Shown: piece after piece, positions 45,683-46,227 of the stretch
How positions within the stretch are numbered: the first letter of the stretch is position 1
How the letters are laid out: each line of letters starts with the position of its first letter
Origin: an uncultured Bacteriovoracaceae bacterium
GTDB lineage: Bacteria > Bdellovibrionota > Bacteriovoracia > Bacteriovoracales > Bacteriovoracaceae
DNA length: 46,227 nt
Direction of reading: 5' to 3'
Assembly: GCA_964012805.1 (NCBI GenBank)
Contig: CAXGUD010000029.1
Span: 1 to 46,227 of the forward strand
Notes under the pieces: model-generated
Told to the model about the DNA's origin: nothing
Database searches by the model: none
What the model saw: only the letters and a program-made list of their open reading frames with translations
Made by a program: the position numbers and the translations under genes

Positions 45683-46227
45683 CTAGAATAACAACTTCCC
45701 TATAAAATTAAGCCGATCATCAACAATAGCATTGAAAATGACCAAACTTAACGCAAAGTAATTAAAAGTTAAAAACCAAGAGATGATACCAATGGCCTTA
45801 AGTTTTTTATAACGGGGAAGAAGCTTTTTCTTTTTTAAAAAATCTCCCCATAAAAGAACTAAAAAAAGGCCCATGCCTTGAAAAAAACCATAGATAAGGA
45901 AATTCTTCTCTAGACCGTGCCACGCCCCCATAATAAAAAATGTGATAAAAATAGAAACAGGCTGTACCAAAAACTTATTGTTTGCAAAAAAGGGTCTACC
46001 CAATAAATTTTTACATAAAGGCATAAAAATATAGGTCTTAAGCCAGGTAGAAAGAGAGATATGCCAACGTTGCCAAAAATCTTGTAAGTTTCTGGCCAAA
46101 AAAGGCTTATTAAAATTCTCATTCACTTTTATTCCAAACAATTTTGATATGCCGATGGCCAGGTCTGTATAGCCTGAAAAGTTAAAGTATAAATTTAAAA
46201 CGGAGGCATACATAAAAAGCATAACAG
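45683..46227 (-). CDS. MBOAT O-acyltransferase (DltB/AlgI-like), 5' end outside the window
   Basis: FSGYTDLAIG, ENFNKPF, DFWQRWHISLS and MGAWHG (catalytic His). The frame is open to the window edge. Confidence 0.92.
   Translation of the reverse strand, partial: VMLFMYASVLNLYFNFSGYTDLAIGISKLFGIKVNENFNKPFLARNLQDFWQRWHISLSTWLKTYIFMPLCKNLLGRPFFANNKFLVQPVSIFITFFIMGAWHGLEKNFLIYGFFQGMGLFLVLLWGDFLKKKKLLPRYKKLKAIGIISWFLTFNYFALSLVIFNAIVDDRLNFIGKLLF

Noticed and set aside
28047..46122. ORFs 28047-28340, 28458-28715, 28830-29033, 30819-31061, 34674-34874, 35122-35331, 35739-35924, 36443-36742, 36480-36734, 37363-37545, 37968-38246, 39670-39921, 40274-40462 and 45910-46122
   Set aside because: Shadow or alternative-frame ORFs. 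35739-35924 is intergenic but low-complexity, lacks an SD and runs into the fliC promoter.
36076..46227. Flagellin glycosylation island interpretation
   Set aside because: No Maf-type or nonulosonate genes are visible, and GT-C, ligase and MBOAT enzymes act extracytoplasmically, so a surface glycan target fits better.
1..46227. CRISPR arrays, tRNA/rRNA genes, IS elements, integrases, prophage and known defence systems
   Set aside because: No spaced direct repeats, cloverleaf/T-loop motifs, transposase or phage genes were seen by eye. tRNAscan-SE, Rfam and DefenseFinder would confirm.

Overview
This is an AT-rich (by eye, roughly one-third GC), gene-dense bacterial chromosome window. I found no rRNA, tRNA, CRISPR array or mobile element. 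The gene content suggests a Bdellovibrionota (Bacteriovoracia/Oligoflexia-like) predator, by inference only: a short 277-aa flagellin, CheW-less CheA-like kinases, an orphan groES and many exported hydrolases. From left to right the window holds: the end of a CheA-like kinase; secreted proteins and a trypsin-like lipoprotein; DUF1800-DUF1501-metallophosphatase; the orphan groES; an M14 peptidase; a secreted NlpC/P60-like protein that appears to start at ATT; a secreted PLD-family enzyme; a receiver protein and orphans; a LysM beta-barrel; a (PG)7 lipoprotein; a signal-peptide-bearing Fic enzyme; apt; a TRAP transporter with convergent dctP; a receiver/class III kinase/CheX-like signalling module; a rhomboid; a phytoene-desaturase-family oxidoreductase; sigma28-driven fliC with GGA-rich UTRs; and a surface-glycan modification island (GT-C, two GT2, O-antigen ligase, FemX-like, DegT-like, degenerate SGNH, MBOAT). 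The most notable signals are the exported Fic with an intact motif, a CsrB/RsmZ-like GGA cluster in the fliC 3' UTR, an SGNH protein with its triad replaced, the ATT start, and a receptor-less chemosensory-like module. All calls come from motif reading by eye; no searches were run.
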